Positions 19,016-28,818 of a DNA stretch of 64,000 nt are shown piece by piece. Every line of letters begins with the position of its first letter. The stretch's first letter is position 1. This DNA comes from an uncultured virus (IMG/VR IMGVR_UViG_3300038960_000189) (Duplodnaviria; Heunggongvirae; Uroviricota; Caudoviricetes): the IMG/VR virus record IMGVR_UViG_3300038960_000189. One strand, given 5' to 3'. The notes below the pieces were generated by a model, which saw only the letters and a program-made list of their open reading frames with translations, was not told the DNA's origin and searched no databases. Both the position numbers and the translations under genes were made by a program.

Positions 19016-19988
19016 TTCCTATCTCTCGATTCCACATTTCTATCAAACAATCTCTATCCATTTGATTATGTTTCAAATAAGTTTTTTTCCATTGGTCTGA
19101 TTTTTCGTTAAAATAGTTAGACCAACTCCCATCTAGATACGCTTCCCACCTGAACCCTTCTTTAGAAACATAAGAATCAACTTTATCCCAAGTTACTGTT
19201 TTATCACCTAATAAAATCCTACAAAGATAATTTGACTCTTCACAGTATCCTAACATAATTTTTCTCAAAATTCTTTTTAATATTGGATTATAGTCCTTTG
19301 GTAATGTATAAAATTGCCAACAAGCTAAATGAAATGCAAATCCAAAATAATAAGATCTATATAATGTTTTTTGAAAACCGTTCCAACCATCTTTTAAAAC
19401 ATAATGATGTCTTGACGTATATTCTTCATTACTTATTCTTTTAAATCCTAGAATTTTAGCAATAAGCCTATTAAAATTCAAGGCTAAAAACTTTTCTAAA
19501 ATTCCAATAAAACAAGCTACATTTACATAATATTTTTTATGTTTTGTATTTGTAAAAGTCTTTACCCACGCTGACATATCTGGTGTCATTTTAAATCTTC
19601 TCGAAAGCCTTTTTGGAAGTTTACTTGCAATTTCAGAAAGTTCCTCATAATCTCCGTTAACGTGTAATGCTGCTAGAGCCATTGTAACTTGATCTCTTGA
19701 AACATCGTCTTCACCATATCTACCAGTAGCTCGGGACGCTTGATACATTTCATTTTTAAAATGATAGTTCCCACCAAATTTTCTAAAACAACCTAAAATT
19801 CCTTCTTTAATTTCTGGATCTTTCCATGTAATATATGCTAATGAAGTTCTCCATAGAGCATCTCCTTCTCCTACATTCATTTTCCCTTCTTTCTTAGCCC
19901 ATTCCCATGCATGTTCATATAACATTTTATCTTTCGTGCAGAAGTATTTTTTCGATTTAATTTTATTTCCTTTTTTAAATGTACTCAT
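19008..19988 (-). CDS. hypothetical protein
   Basis: 326-aa ORF, no recognised motif. Confidence 0.7.
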   Translation of the reverse strand: MSTFKKGNKIKSKKYFCTKDKMLYEHAWEWAKKEGKMNVGEGDALWRTSLAYITWKDPEIKEGILGCFRKFGGNYHFKNEMYQASRATGRYGEDDVSRDQVTMALAALHVNGDYEELSEIASKLPKRLSRRFKMTPDMSAWVKTFTNTKHKKYYVNVACFIGILEKFLALNFNRLIAKILGFKRISNEEYTSRHHYVLKDGWNGFQKTLYRSYYFGFAFHLACWQFYTLPKDYNPILKRILRKIMLGYCEESNYLCRILLGDKTVTWDKVDSYVSKEGFRWEAYLDGSWSNYFNEKSDQWKKTYLKHNQMDRDCLIEMWNREIGNE

Positions 19989-19990
19989 AA

Positions 19991-20368
19991 TTATTTCATA
20001 GTATTTGTTAAATTATTATCAATTGAAAATAAACAATGGCCTGGTTCAATCCAATCTAATAGGATACGAAGGCAATTTCCAACTTTAGTTAATGTATGAA
20101 GTTTTTGATTTTTTCCTAATGCCGAAGATATTGTTTCTTGTTTATTTCCAAACTTATATCCACCTGACTTTATTAAAACATCATTAAATAATTCAGATCC
20201 ATGTACATTTGCAAATACATCGATTGATCTTGCTGTTCTTCTTGCCCACACAGTAATCATACGTTTTTTGCCGCTAACGATGTATTTTAAGAACATATAA
20301 CATATTATTATTGGCAACAATAAAATTAGCAATATAAATGCTGTAAATAATAATACTATTTCGGTCAT
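19991..20368 (-). CDS. conserved phage membrane-associated protein
   Basis: N-terminal TM; D..ANV...ETISSALGK...LDWIEPGHC pattern. Confidence 0.65.
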   Translation of the reverse strand: MTEIVLLFTAFILLILLLPIIICYMFLKYIVSGKKRMITVWARRTARSIDVFANVHGSELFNDVLIKSGGYKFGNKQETISSALGKNQKLHTLTKVGNCLRILLDWIEPGHCLFSIDNNLTNTMK

Positions 20369-20582
20369 GTTTGTTCTTCAGTAGATTCTGCTTTCTCTTT
20401 TTGTGCTTCTAATTGCTGCTCGTTGATTTCTTGCACGATTTCTGTGAAGTTTGGCATTTTTTGTAATATTTGATATGTAACCGTTTGCGAACTTTTTAAA
20501 CTCATACATTCTGTTGCCAGTGCGTTACATAAGTTATTTAGTGATTGTATATCCTTTTGCATTTTAATTAACGTAGACTCTT

Positions 20583-20717
20583 TCATCTTCCTTGACCTTT
20601 ATATGATTTTTTATAATGTTTAGAACTTTTTAATTTTGATGTTTTTGTTTTAGCATGAATACCCGGCCGCTTTCTTTTTGCTGTTAATGTACGCTCTGTA
20701 GATGCTGTCCGTGCCAT
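20583..20717 (-). CDS. small basic protein
   Basis: Hand-translated 44 aa: MARTASTERTLTAKRKRPGIHAKTKTSKLKSSKHYKKSYKGQGR. Confidence 0.6.
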   Translation of the reverse strand: MARTASTERTLTAKRKRPGIHAKTKTSKLKSSKHYKKSYKGQGR

Positions 20718-21431
20718 TTTTATAATGATCCTTTTTCAAATAAATTGGTAGCTCGTTTTACTAATTTTTTCTGAAACGTTCCAAAATCTGGTTCTGAAGT
20801 TAATTTTTCTATTATTGATTTTTCTGCTTCGTTATACCCTTCATGATAGCACCAAGCACATAGTCGTATAATATCCATACCAAATCCTTCAGATATTTCT
20901 TTTCCTTCTAAATTTTCTTGTTTTTCTGACATAATGTAAACCTTTTTTAATAAATATAATTTATTCTGTTTTCTTGTTTATCGTTAATTGTAAGCTCCGC
21001 TGTTTATTGCATTATAAATATTAATACATCTTTCATAATTTTCTTTCTCTTCATAGTGAGCTAACATTTCTTTTAAATCATCCTTTTTAACATTCCATGG
21101 ATCGCAAAAAAATGGAACTATATATTCACATTCTTCAGCTAATTTAATAATTGAAATATCGTTAAATTCACTTTTATAGACATTGTCCCAGGCTACATCT
21201 TCGTTAAAAAATTGTTTCTTATAACGTGTCATTATAATGTTTTATATCTTTTGTGTAATTCAATTAACCGATTATTGTATTTTAAATATAAATGTCTTGT
21301 TATGTTATCTACAGTACCAGTTGTGCATGCATCGTTACAAACTTTAGCTCTTAATTGTAATGTTCTCTGCTCTACATAAGCTATATGTTTTTTGAATCTT
21401 AAATATTGTTTTAACATATGTAATCTACGTC

Positions 21432-21689
21432 TCATTCTCCGTATAAATTAAATTTTTTAGGCTTAGGCTCTACTACTTCTTTTTGTTCATAACGTATAGC
21501 ATATAACTTACTATCTAATGGTGCCAGACGAAATTCAACTTTTTCTCCGGTTATACTAAACCAGGCCTCTAAGGCATCAGTTAATGTTGGATGTATAGTG
21601 TCAGTTTTGTCGTTTACTAAGATCCAATTATCTCCTGGAGGAACACGTCGTGCTATTAATTCATCAACTTCTATTTGTTCTGTTTTCAT
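21432..21689 (-). CDS. hypothetical protein
   Basis: 85-aa ORF, coupled. Confidence 0.6.
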   Translation of the reverse strand: MKTEQIEVDELIARRVPPGDNWILVNDKTDTIHPTLTDALEAWFSITGEKVEFRLAPLDSKLYAIRYEQKEVVEPKPKKFNLYGE

Positions 21690-21855
21690 ACTTATTATTT
21701 TTCATCAGGAAAGTCCCAAATAGACTTACGTTTCTTTCTTTCTCTTCTTGTTGCAATGTAATCTGATAACATAAACATTAAAAGTAAAATACCTGTACAG
21801 GATAGTGCAACTAGTAATGTTAATACTAGATATGTAAATAACGATATGTCTTCTA

Positions 21856-22398
21856 TCATAATTCTACTTTTGTTGCATACTTCAATAACATTTCAGTATT
21901 GGTTCTTGTGTAACTTTCTTTTCGCTTACCTTTACCTTCTAGTTTCATATCTCGATAAAACATAACATCATATGTATTACAATATTTATCATGATTTAAG
22001 GCTACATTATCATAAAAAATGTTTGCATCTATAACATAGATAGCATTTTGTGCTGGATGATGAAATGATATTGTATCACATTTTCCTTTTTTATTCTCTC
22101 CTAATCGCTTTGCAATCGCAGTTGTCTTAGTACCAGTAATAACTAATTTCTTATGCTCATTCTTAATTCCATTCTTAAATAAATGATCATAACCATCTGC
22201 ATCAACAACTTCTCCTTTACATCCAAAATGGGTTTCTAAATAAGGCAGTACTACTTGTTCTGATATTCGACCGGCATTTACTGTCATTGCCTTTCCTGAT
22301 TGTAAAAATAATTCAATCATTTCATCAGTAATATGATTACTAACATATACAGGCATTGTGATTACTCGGCCGTTCTTTTGTTCTCGTTTTGTTATCAT
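21856..22398 (-). CDS. hypothetical protein (possible PD-(D/E)xK-like nuclease)
   Basis: G..SE...GYD...NEHK spacing only loosely fits. Confidence 0.5.
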   Translation of the reverse strand: MITKREQKNGRVITMPVYVSNHITDEMIELFLQSGKAMTVNAGRISEQVVLPYLETHFGCKGEVVDADGYDHLFKNGIKNEHKKLVITGTKTTAIAKRLGENKKGKCDTISFHHPAQNAIYVIDANIFYDNVALNHDKYCNTYDVMFYRDMKLEGKGKRKESYTRTNTEMLLKYATKVEL

Positions 22399-22558
22399 AT
22401 GTTCATTACTTTTTGATAAGCTTTTTCATATATCTTATCCATTGATGTACTTATAATCTTTCCTTGTTGTTGAAGTTTAAGTATTTTCTTTACTTCTTTC
22501 TTAAACTCATGGCCTTTTCCATGTTCTATAGCACTATTTTCTAATTCTATACTATTCA

Positions 22559-24610
22559 TTATATAGTTTCTGATATTTCTAAAAACTTTTTATTCATTGA
22601 CTTGGAAATTTGTGTAAGGTTACAGGTATCTATAAACTCTGCTGTCTGACCATACATTTGTTTGAAATAATCACATGAATACCCATTCCCACTCTTTCCA
22701 TCAATAAAATATGATAACACATTGATACCTAATTCTTTCATTTCATTTACAACTTTCTTTGTAAACGATATACCATTATATCCCCATGCACATCCAGACA
22801 CTGAACTTGGTGCCCCGTCTGAATAATTAATGAATATACACTCATCACCTTTAGCATCTTGCTTAATATAAGGCAAAAAACTTTTGAAAGCTAATCCTTC
22901 TGGAGTACAGCCGAATGTTCTAAGATATGGAAAATATTTTTTAATCTTAGACATTTTATCTTTTGCACTATCATATGCATATACCGTAACTGTCTTCTCC
23001 ATACTACCATTAAAATTGCTTGTCCCTCTCAAAGAGATTTGAACTCTAATACCTGTTGTCATGGATGCTGCTTGAGCAATTGCTACTGCTGACTTAATAG
23101 CATTTTGAAATCTATTGCCACTCATTGAACCTGATGCATCAATTGAAATGTGTATAAAGAAATTCTTATATCTATCAGTTACGATTCTATGAAAGACAGA
23201 TGCATTTTGAAATCCTAATTCTGATATCAATCTTCTGTCAATCTTACCAGCATTTAATCTTGTCGACTTCAAGGATCTTTCTTCGTTTCTTAGTTGCAAC
23301 TTCTTTCCTAATTGCTTACCTAATAAAATACCTTCTTGAACTCCGTAACTTGGACCATAATAGCTATGAGGTTCTTGCCCCGTTTGTAACCTATATGAAT
23401 CAAATACACTATCCATATGACACATAACTGCATGAGTCATTTTTTTGATAACAATACAATCTACATTATACATAGCTCCACCTTCTTGTCCTGTATTAAC
23501 AGGAACACTTTCTGTGCCAGACTCTTTGATACTTTTTACAATAGCATTGTCTTTCTTTGTAAGCCTTCCTACTTTTTTTGGTTCGCCTGCAAGAAAATCT
23601 TTTTGCTTGTTTATCTGTTTTTCTAATCTTTCTTGTTCTCTAATAGATAATTCTTCTTGCTTTGGAGCTGACTTTGATTGTCCATTATTAACATTTCCAT
23701 TAATACTATCAATACTATCACTATTTGGATTACTACAACTACTAGAAGAATTACAATCTGACTTAGATTTTTGCTGACTGGGCTTGTTACCTTTTGTCTG
23801 TTGCTTCTGTAAAGCAGCGTCCTTAATTTGCTGAGATACCACTTTGTAAACTTCTATTGCTACATTTAAAGCATCTTCTGATGACTTGAGTCTACTAATA
23901 TTTTTCAAATCAATTATGCTCCATACATTCGACAGTACTTCTAATACATCTAATCTTCGGTTAGTATTAGTTAAATTGATAATCCTAAACATATATGAAT
24001 CCCAATCTTCATCTGTCTTTTCATCTGACTTCAATGCTTTATCTACAATCTTAGAATGAAAATATTTTGTATACATTGCCTCATAGTACTTTCTGTATCC
24101 AGGAGCATTTGTATATACATGATAGTCAATTCTTCTGTCCTCAATCCAATTGAATAAATCTTTCACTTTCATGATGTCATCTTCAACCATATCCATGTTA
24201 GGATCTCCACCTCTCATAGATATGTAACTATGAAAGCTGCTTCCGATGAAACATCCATCTAACAATTTAAAATTTGTAAATGCAATATGAGAACCTTCAT
24301 GTAATGCTAATCCAACAGCTGGATCAAAATTCTTATCTTCTATTTTAGATCCAATAGTAACACACTTACCATCTGTATAGCTTTCGTCATTATTTTGAAA
24401 TCGAACTGGAATTTGTTTGCCGGTAACTATATTAACAAAGTTACCAATTGCTCTTTGAGCTGCGGCTAATTTAGTATAATCAATTTGTTTCCTATGGCCT
24501 ACCTTGTAAGTGAAATCTGTGTCTATATCATCAAACCAGTAACTTGATGCCGACGTTTCATATTTCTTTATTGGATTAGCCAAATTTTTTCTAATGCGTA
24601 TCTTTTTCAT
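22559..24610 (-). CDS. vWA-domain protein with N-terminal HExxH metallopeptidase-like domain (CobT-like)
   Basis: LALHEGSH, FNWIEDRRID, low-complexity linker, MIDAS SIDASGSMSG ... TPEG ... SDGAP. Confidence 0.9.
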   Translation of the reverse strand: MKKIRIRKNLANPIKKYETSASSYWFDDIDTDFTYKVGHRKQIDYTKLAAAQRAIGNFVNIVTGKQIPVRFQNNDESYTDGKCVTIGSKIEDKNFDPAVGLALHEGSHIAFTNFKLLDGCFIGSSFHSYISMRGGDPNMDMVEDDIMKVKDLFNWIEDRRIDYHVYTNAPGYRKYYEAMYTKYFHSKIVDKALKSDEKTDEDWDSYMFRIINLTNTNRRLDVLEVLSNVWSIIDLKNISRLKSSEDALNVAIEVYKVVSQQIKDAALQKQQTKGNKPSQQKSKSDCNSSSSCSNPNSDSIDSINGNVNNGQSKSAPKQEELSIREQERLEKQINKQKDFLAGEPKKVGRLTKKDNAIVKSIKESGTESVPVNTGQEGGAMYNVDCIVIKKMTHAVMCHMDSVFDSYRLQTGQEPHSYYGPSYGVQEGILLGKQLGKKLQLRNEERSLKSTRLNAGKIDRRLISELGFQNASVFHRIVTDRYKNFFIHISIDASGSMSGNRFQNAIKSAVAIAQAASMTTGIRVQISLRGTSNFNGSMEKTVTVYAYDSAKDKMSKIKKYFPYLRTFGCTPEGLAFKSFLPYIKQDAKGDECIFINYSDGAPSSVSGCAWGYNGISFTKKVVNEMKELGINVLSYFIDGKSGNGYSCDYFKQMYGQTAEFIDTCNLTQISKSMNKKFLEISETI

Positions 24611-24691
24611 AAATATCTCTTTTTTTATATAATAAGAAAATAATTTTGTTTATCCAAGAAAAAAGTTGGGTTCTTTGAAGATTAATTTAAC

Positions 24692-25009
24692 TTATATTTT
24701 ATTTTCGAATCTTGTATCCTTAGTTCTAGATTTAACTAAGTCTACTATCCTTGCTTCTGTTTTATCAAATCTAGAATCCATTGATTTATATACATCATCT
24801 ATTTGTCCATTTAATGATCTATCAACATTATCTACCATTTGATCTACTTCACTTCTAAACTGATCTAAACTGTTGTGTATATCTGAGCTTAAATCATCAT
24901 GATTTCTAGTTACCCTATCAAAAGATACCTTTACCCTATAAGCAAAAAATGCCAATAAAGCTACAGTACTACCTCCGATAAGGATTCCTAATAACATATT
25001 TGTTTCCAT
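24692..25009 (-). CDS. membrane-anchored coiled-coil protein
   Basis: N-terminal TM followed by helical repeats; flanked by a 14-bp inverted repeat. Confidence 0.7.
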   Translation of the reverse strand: METNMLLGILIGGSTVALLAFFAYRVKVSFDRVTRNHDDLSSDIHNSLDQFRSEVDQMVDNVDRSLNGQIDDVYKSMDSRFDKTEARIVDLVKSRTKDTRFENKI

Positions 25010-25049
25010 ATGCTTCCTTTCTTGTTTATGTCAAAGAACCCAACAATAC

Positions 25050-25135
25050 TTTAAAAGGGAGCCAATGCTGTCCGTATACGGATGTCTGACTCCCTTAGAG
25101 ATATGAAAGATGCTATTTAACGCATAGCTGCGATA
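25050..25135 (-). ncRNA. candidate 3'-UTR sRNA 2: pseudoknot + CAUAUCUCU seed + terminator
   Basis: Minus strand CGCAGCUAUGCGUUAAAUAGC-AUCUUU-CAUAUCUCU-AAGGGAGUCA(...)UGGCUCCCUU-UU; paralog of 7750-7825. Confidence 0.6.
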
Positions 25136-25137
25136 TT

Positions 25138-26268
25138 TTAATATTCTTCGGCTACTTCTTCTCCAACATTAAAAATGTCTTCGTCTGCAGTACCCAAATG
25201 TTTCTGAATAACTTGCTTAACAAATAATCTTTCAGAGTCAGCACCGCCCGATGCATCAAAAAATGGAAGGATACCTACTTCAGAAGCTTCTTCTAAAGTA
25301 AAACCATCTGCTAATAACTCACATACTCTAACTGTCATACGTGTCGATATCATTGTGCTTAGTTTGCCTTCATCAGATCTCCACTCTTTTCTAGTTACAT
25401 CTGCAATATCTGCTACAGATTCTAACAATCCATCCTCAACTTTCTCTCCAAATCTTTTGCCTAACAGAGCATGCTCTCTTTCTTTAGATAATATATCCAC
25501 TTCGATAACTTCAAATCTATCTAACAATGCTCTATCCAATACTCTAGTAGAAGTATACTCCGTACCAATATTAGCAGTTGCAATAAAAGATACTCCTTGT
25601 GCTACCTTAACTAACGGAGCATTAATATTTTCATCTAATCTCAAATATCTTTGACCTTCGTCTAACACGGTCATTAAGATATTCCAAGCTTCAGGATGCG
25701 CTCTAGAAAGCTCATCTAAAAGGATTACAGCGTTTTCTGTCTTAATAGCCTTAATGAATGCGGATTCATCGAAAAGCGTCTCGTTGTTCTTAAAATGCGT
25801 ATTACCTATCAATGTTGATCTGGGATCTTGCGTAGCACCTAAGTTAAAATAAAAGAATGGCCTATCCGTTGCTGTCGGTAATGCCTTTGCGGCTTCTGTC
25901 TTACCAGACCCTGCAGGACCAACCATCATAATATTTTTACCTCTAACTGCTGATCTAATTAAATACTTCCATTTAATATCTGTAATCTCTAGATGATCAG
26001 GCTTAATTGAAGGAGCATTGCTAATAAATGCTAATACCGGATCATCGTTAACTATTTCTTTTTTAGGAGTCTTAGGAGCAGGAAGATCATCTAAATCAAT
26101 TCTCTTACCTCTACCTGTTTTTTCATTATACTTAAGGCCTTGACCTTCTTTATAAGCAATCTTAATCATATCATCTCTAAACAGATGCGTGATGTCATCG
26201 CCATTAGTGCTAACCACTTTAATAAATTCTCCGTCTTCTGTGGTGACGGTACCAAATACTTCTTTCAT
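25138..26268 (-). CDS. MoxR/CbbQ/NirQ-type AAA+ ATPase (CobS-like)
   Basis: GPAGSGKT, ILLDELSRA, FIATAN, LDRALLDRF, ISTR. Confidence 0.9.
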   Translation of the reverse strand: MKEVFGTVTTEDGEFIKVVSTNGDDITHLFRDDMIKIAYKEGQGLKYNEKTGRGKRIDLDDLPAPKTPKKEIVNDDPVLAFISNAPSIKPDHLEITDIKWKYLIRSAVRGKNIMMVGPAGSGKTEAAKALPTATDRPFFYFNLGATQDPRSTLIGNTHFKNNETLFDESAFIKAIKTENAVILLDELSRAHPEAWNILMTVLDEGQRYLRLDENINAPLVKVAQGVSFIATANIGTEYTSTRVLDRALLDRFEVIEVDILSKEREHALLGKRFGEKVEDGLLESVADIADVTRKEWRSDEGKLSTMISTRMTVRVCELLADGFTLEEASEVGILPFFDASGGADSERLFVKQVIQKHLGTADEDIFNVGEEVAEEY

Positions 26269-26343
26269 AACTTTATTTTTTTCTATATAATAAGAAATAG
26301 TAATAAAATATCCAACCTTTTTTCTATAATAATATTTATTTAT

Positions 26344-26706
26344 ATGAGAAGTATTCTAACAACAATTGTTGTAGTATTTATATCATTAACTATATACAGT
26401 CAAAATATATTTTTTGATTATGATATAAAAGAACCTACTAAAATTTACTATAAAAATGGTAAGTTAAAAGAGATAGGATTAGTTAGTGAAGGAAAACGAG
26501 TTGGAAAATGGATATTCTATTCTGAAAAAGGAATAAAGTTAGCTCAATGTTGTTTTAATAATTCAGGACAAAAACATGGAGTATGGTTAGTCTGGGACAA
26601 TAATTCTAAACTAAGAGCTAAAATGATCTATAAAAATGGAATCAGAAAAGGAAAATGGGAAGTATATGATGACCATGGTAAATTAACTATTCGTAGATAT
26701 TACTAA
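26344..26706 (+). CDS. secreted MORN-variant repeat (YwqK-like) protein
   Basis: Signal peptide MRSILTT...; YYKNGKLKEIG, GKRVGKWIFYSEKG, GQKHGVW, GIRKGKWEVYDDHG repeats; the only convincing plus-strand gene. Confidence 0.8.
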   Translation: MRSILTTIVVVFISLTIYSQNIFFDYDIKEPTKIYYKNGKLKEIGLVSEGKRVGKWIFYSEKGIKLAQCCFNNSGQKHGVWLVWDNNSKLRAKMIYKNGIRKGKWEVYDDHGKLTIRRYY

Positions 26707-26913
26707 TACCATCCCAATCTTTTATATCTTCTAAATAGTTAAAAGTAGTATCAATTGAGCTTTGGTAATTCTTATAATTTAAAGGTTGGCTTATAGTTTC
26801 ATACTTTTTACATGACGCAACCGTTATCAATAAAAAACATAATGTTATTAACTTTTTCATATTAACAATAAATATTTTGATATTGTTAGTATTACCTAAA
26901 TTTAATATTATAT

Positions 26914-28311
26914 TTACATTAAGTTAGTATTAATATTTTTTAAACAGATATAATAACACAAACAAATACAAAGCCCAATAAGAAATATAAAATCTTCAAT
27001 TTCGTTTCTACTAAATATACTAGCGCCATATGGAGAATTAGGAGTAACCATAATTTTACTAGAAAAAATTAACTGATTGTTATATTCAATATTTATAATG
27101 TAAACACCAGCTGAAACGTCTAAAAATAATTCATTAAATCTTTTAGTTGTTATTGTTCTATATAACATTTTGCCGGAAATATCATATGCTGAAATAATAA
27201 TATTACCACTAAATGGAGGTAACTCTATATAGACTCTGCCTTGTGTATGAGTCGGATTAATTTTTGTTTCTTTAAATCGATTTATGGTAGGCCTAGGTTG
27301 ATAATTATCTAGCATTTCTGATCTATACGTGTTTAGAGATGCTAAGCCTCTAAGCACTTGATTCTTAGTAAAACATACTAAACAATTATTTCCACCATAA
27401 TCCATATAATGTTTTACAAAGACTCTTTCAGAAGGATTGCATGTACTAAATAGAGTATCAGGGCATTCAGCGCTTGGATAGATAGGACCTCCTTGTGAAC
27501 CTGTTTCTGGAATATAGTCTTCTGAACATTGGCCATCATTTCCCCATGGGTGATAGAGGTTTAGCCAATGACCAATTTCATGCACAGCAACCTTACCTCC
27601 TATCCAATTAGAAAATGCAGGGTCAGAATAACTCCATGAGTATTGTTGATTTCCAACAGTTTGCCAATCTAAAACAACTCCATCTGTTTCTTCTGGACCT
27701 CCTGGAAATTGTGCATAACCTAACAAATAATTATATAAGTCACAAACCCAAATATTCAAATACCTATTAGTTGGCCATGGTTCTTTTCCATGTTGATCGA
27801 ATTTTACAAGATTTCCATAATAACTAAACGCCGACATTTGAGTATGTGTTCGAGTAATGCCTCCTGTTGGTAAGCCGTACGGGTCTTCATAAGCCAATTC
27901 AAAGCTTATTTTAAAATTACCGATCCAGTTTTTCAAAGTATCAGTCAATATCGTTGTATCTGGGTTTCTAGCATTAAAGCTTTCATTTAATACTTCTAAC
28001 TGTTGATAAATAACGCTGTCTGGAATATTTTCATTTGCATCATTGTAAACAATATGAAAAACAACTGGAATTATAATATGATGTCCTGACTTCTGTTTAG
28101 GAGCTTTTAAATAGTTTTGAATATCTATTTCTATCTGTTCATATTTTTCTGGGTTAGCATCCTGAAAAGGTTTATTGTACTTGTCTGTAGCACATATATG
28201 TTGTGAATGTACATTAGTAAAAAGTAAGAAAAATAGTAGTATGAATCTAGTAATTTTTATTAGACGGTAATAATCTAGATATATATTCTTTATAGTATTC
28301 TTTTCTATCAA
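26914..28311 (-). CDS. M43 (pappalysin/ulilysin-like) zinc metalloprotease with T9SS type A-like C-terminal domain
   Basis: Cys-switch-like HICAT, IPVVFHIV, YLNIWV, LLGYAQFP, HEIGHWLNLYH, Met-turn YMDY; C-terminal INPT...YDISGK...AGVYII; exact start uncertain. Confidence 0.9.
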   Translation of the reverse strand: MIEKNTIKNIYLDYYRLIKITRFILLFFLLFTNVHSQHICATDKYNKPFQDANPEKYEQIEIDIQNYLKAPKQKSGHHIIIPVVFHIVYNDANENIPDSVIYQQLEVLNESFNARNPDTTILTDTLKNWIGNFKISFELAYEDPYGLPTGGITRTHTQMSAFSYYGNLVKFDQHGKEPWPTNRYLNIWVCDLYNYLLGYAQFPGGPEETDGVVLDWQTVGNQQYSWSYSDPAFSNWIGGKVAVHEIGHWLNLYHPWGNDGQCSEDYIPETGSQGGPIYPSAECPDTLFSTCNPSERVFVKHYMDYGGNNCLVCFTKNQVLRGLASLNTYRSEMLDNYQPRPTINRFKETKINPTHTQGRVYIELPPFSGNIIISAYDISGKMLYRTITTKRFNELFLDVSAGVYIINIEYNNQLIFSSKIMVTPNSPYGASIFSRNEIEDFIFLIGLCICLCYYICLKNINTNLM

Positions 28312-28464
28312 AATTTGGAATTCTGTCTGAATATTTTGCTGATGTTTTAGGTCCTACTATAAAATTAGTTTTAGGTAATTGTCCTGACGTACATACTTTA
28401 ACTGGACCATCTGGTGTATCAATGTATTTTGCTGCTCTTATTAATATTAAGTCTTTAAGTTTCA

Positions 28465-28818
28465 TTACCATTTTCGACAAGACCAATATCTTGCTTTATG
28501 TCTTGGACCTGGATTATCGCAATTGTGTCTAGCTCTAAATGATTTTCTGGCTTTAGGATTTGATTTTCGTATACGCATAGTTTTCTGACCAGCTTTCTTT
28601 GCTGAGGTACCTCCATGTCCAAAATTAACTTTAACTACATTTCCTTTTGGATTACGAACATATACTTTAAATTTTTTCACATCACCTCGCATTGGCTTTC
28701 CAAGTTTAACTTTTCTGCCTCGATACTCTGCTTCTTGTAATTCTTCAGGTATTATTCCATTTTTAATGTCTTGCAATAAATTTATTGCACATTGTTCACA
28801 TATTATCATTTCTTCCAT
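28465..28818 (-). CDS. conserved basic protein of large myoviruses
   Basis: KKFKVYV...VVKVNFG...ARKSFRARHNCD...ARYWSCRKW. Confidence 0.75.
   Translation of the reverse strand: MEEMIICEQCAINLLQDIKNGIIPEELQEAEYRGRKVKLGKPMRGDVKKFKVYVRNPKGNVVKVNFGHGGTSAKKAGQKTMRIRKSNPKARKSFRARHNCDNPGPRHKARYWSCRKW

Noticed and set aside
22559..26268. Cobalamin biosynthesis (cobS/cobT) call
   Set aside because: No cobN or other cob genes; a generic MoxR-vWA pair explains the motifs.
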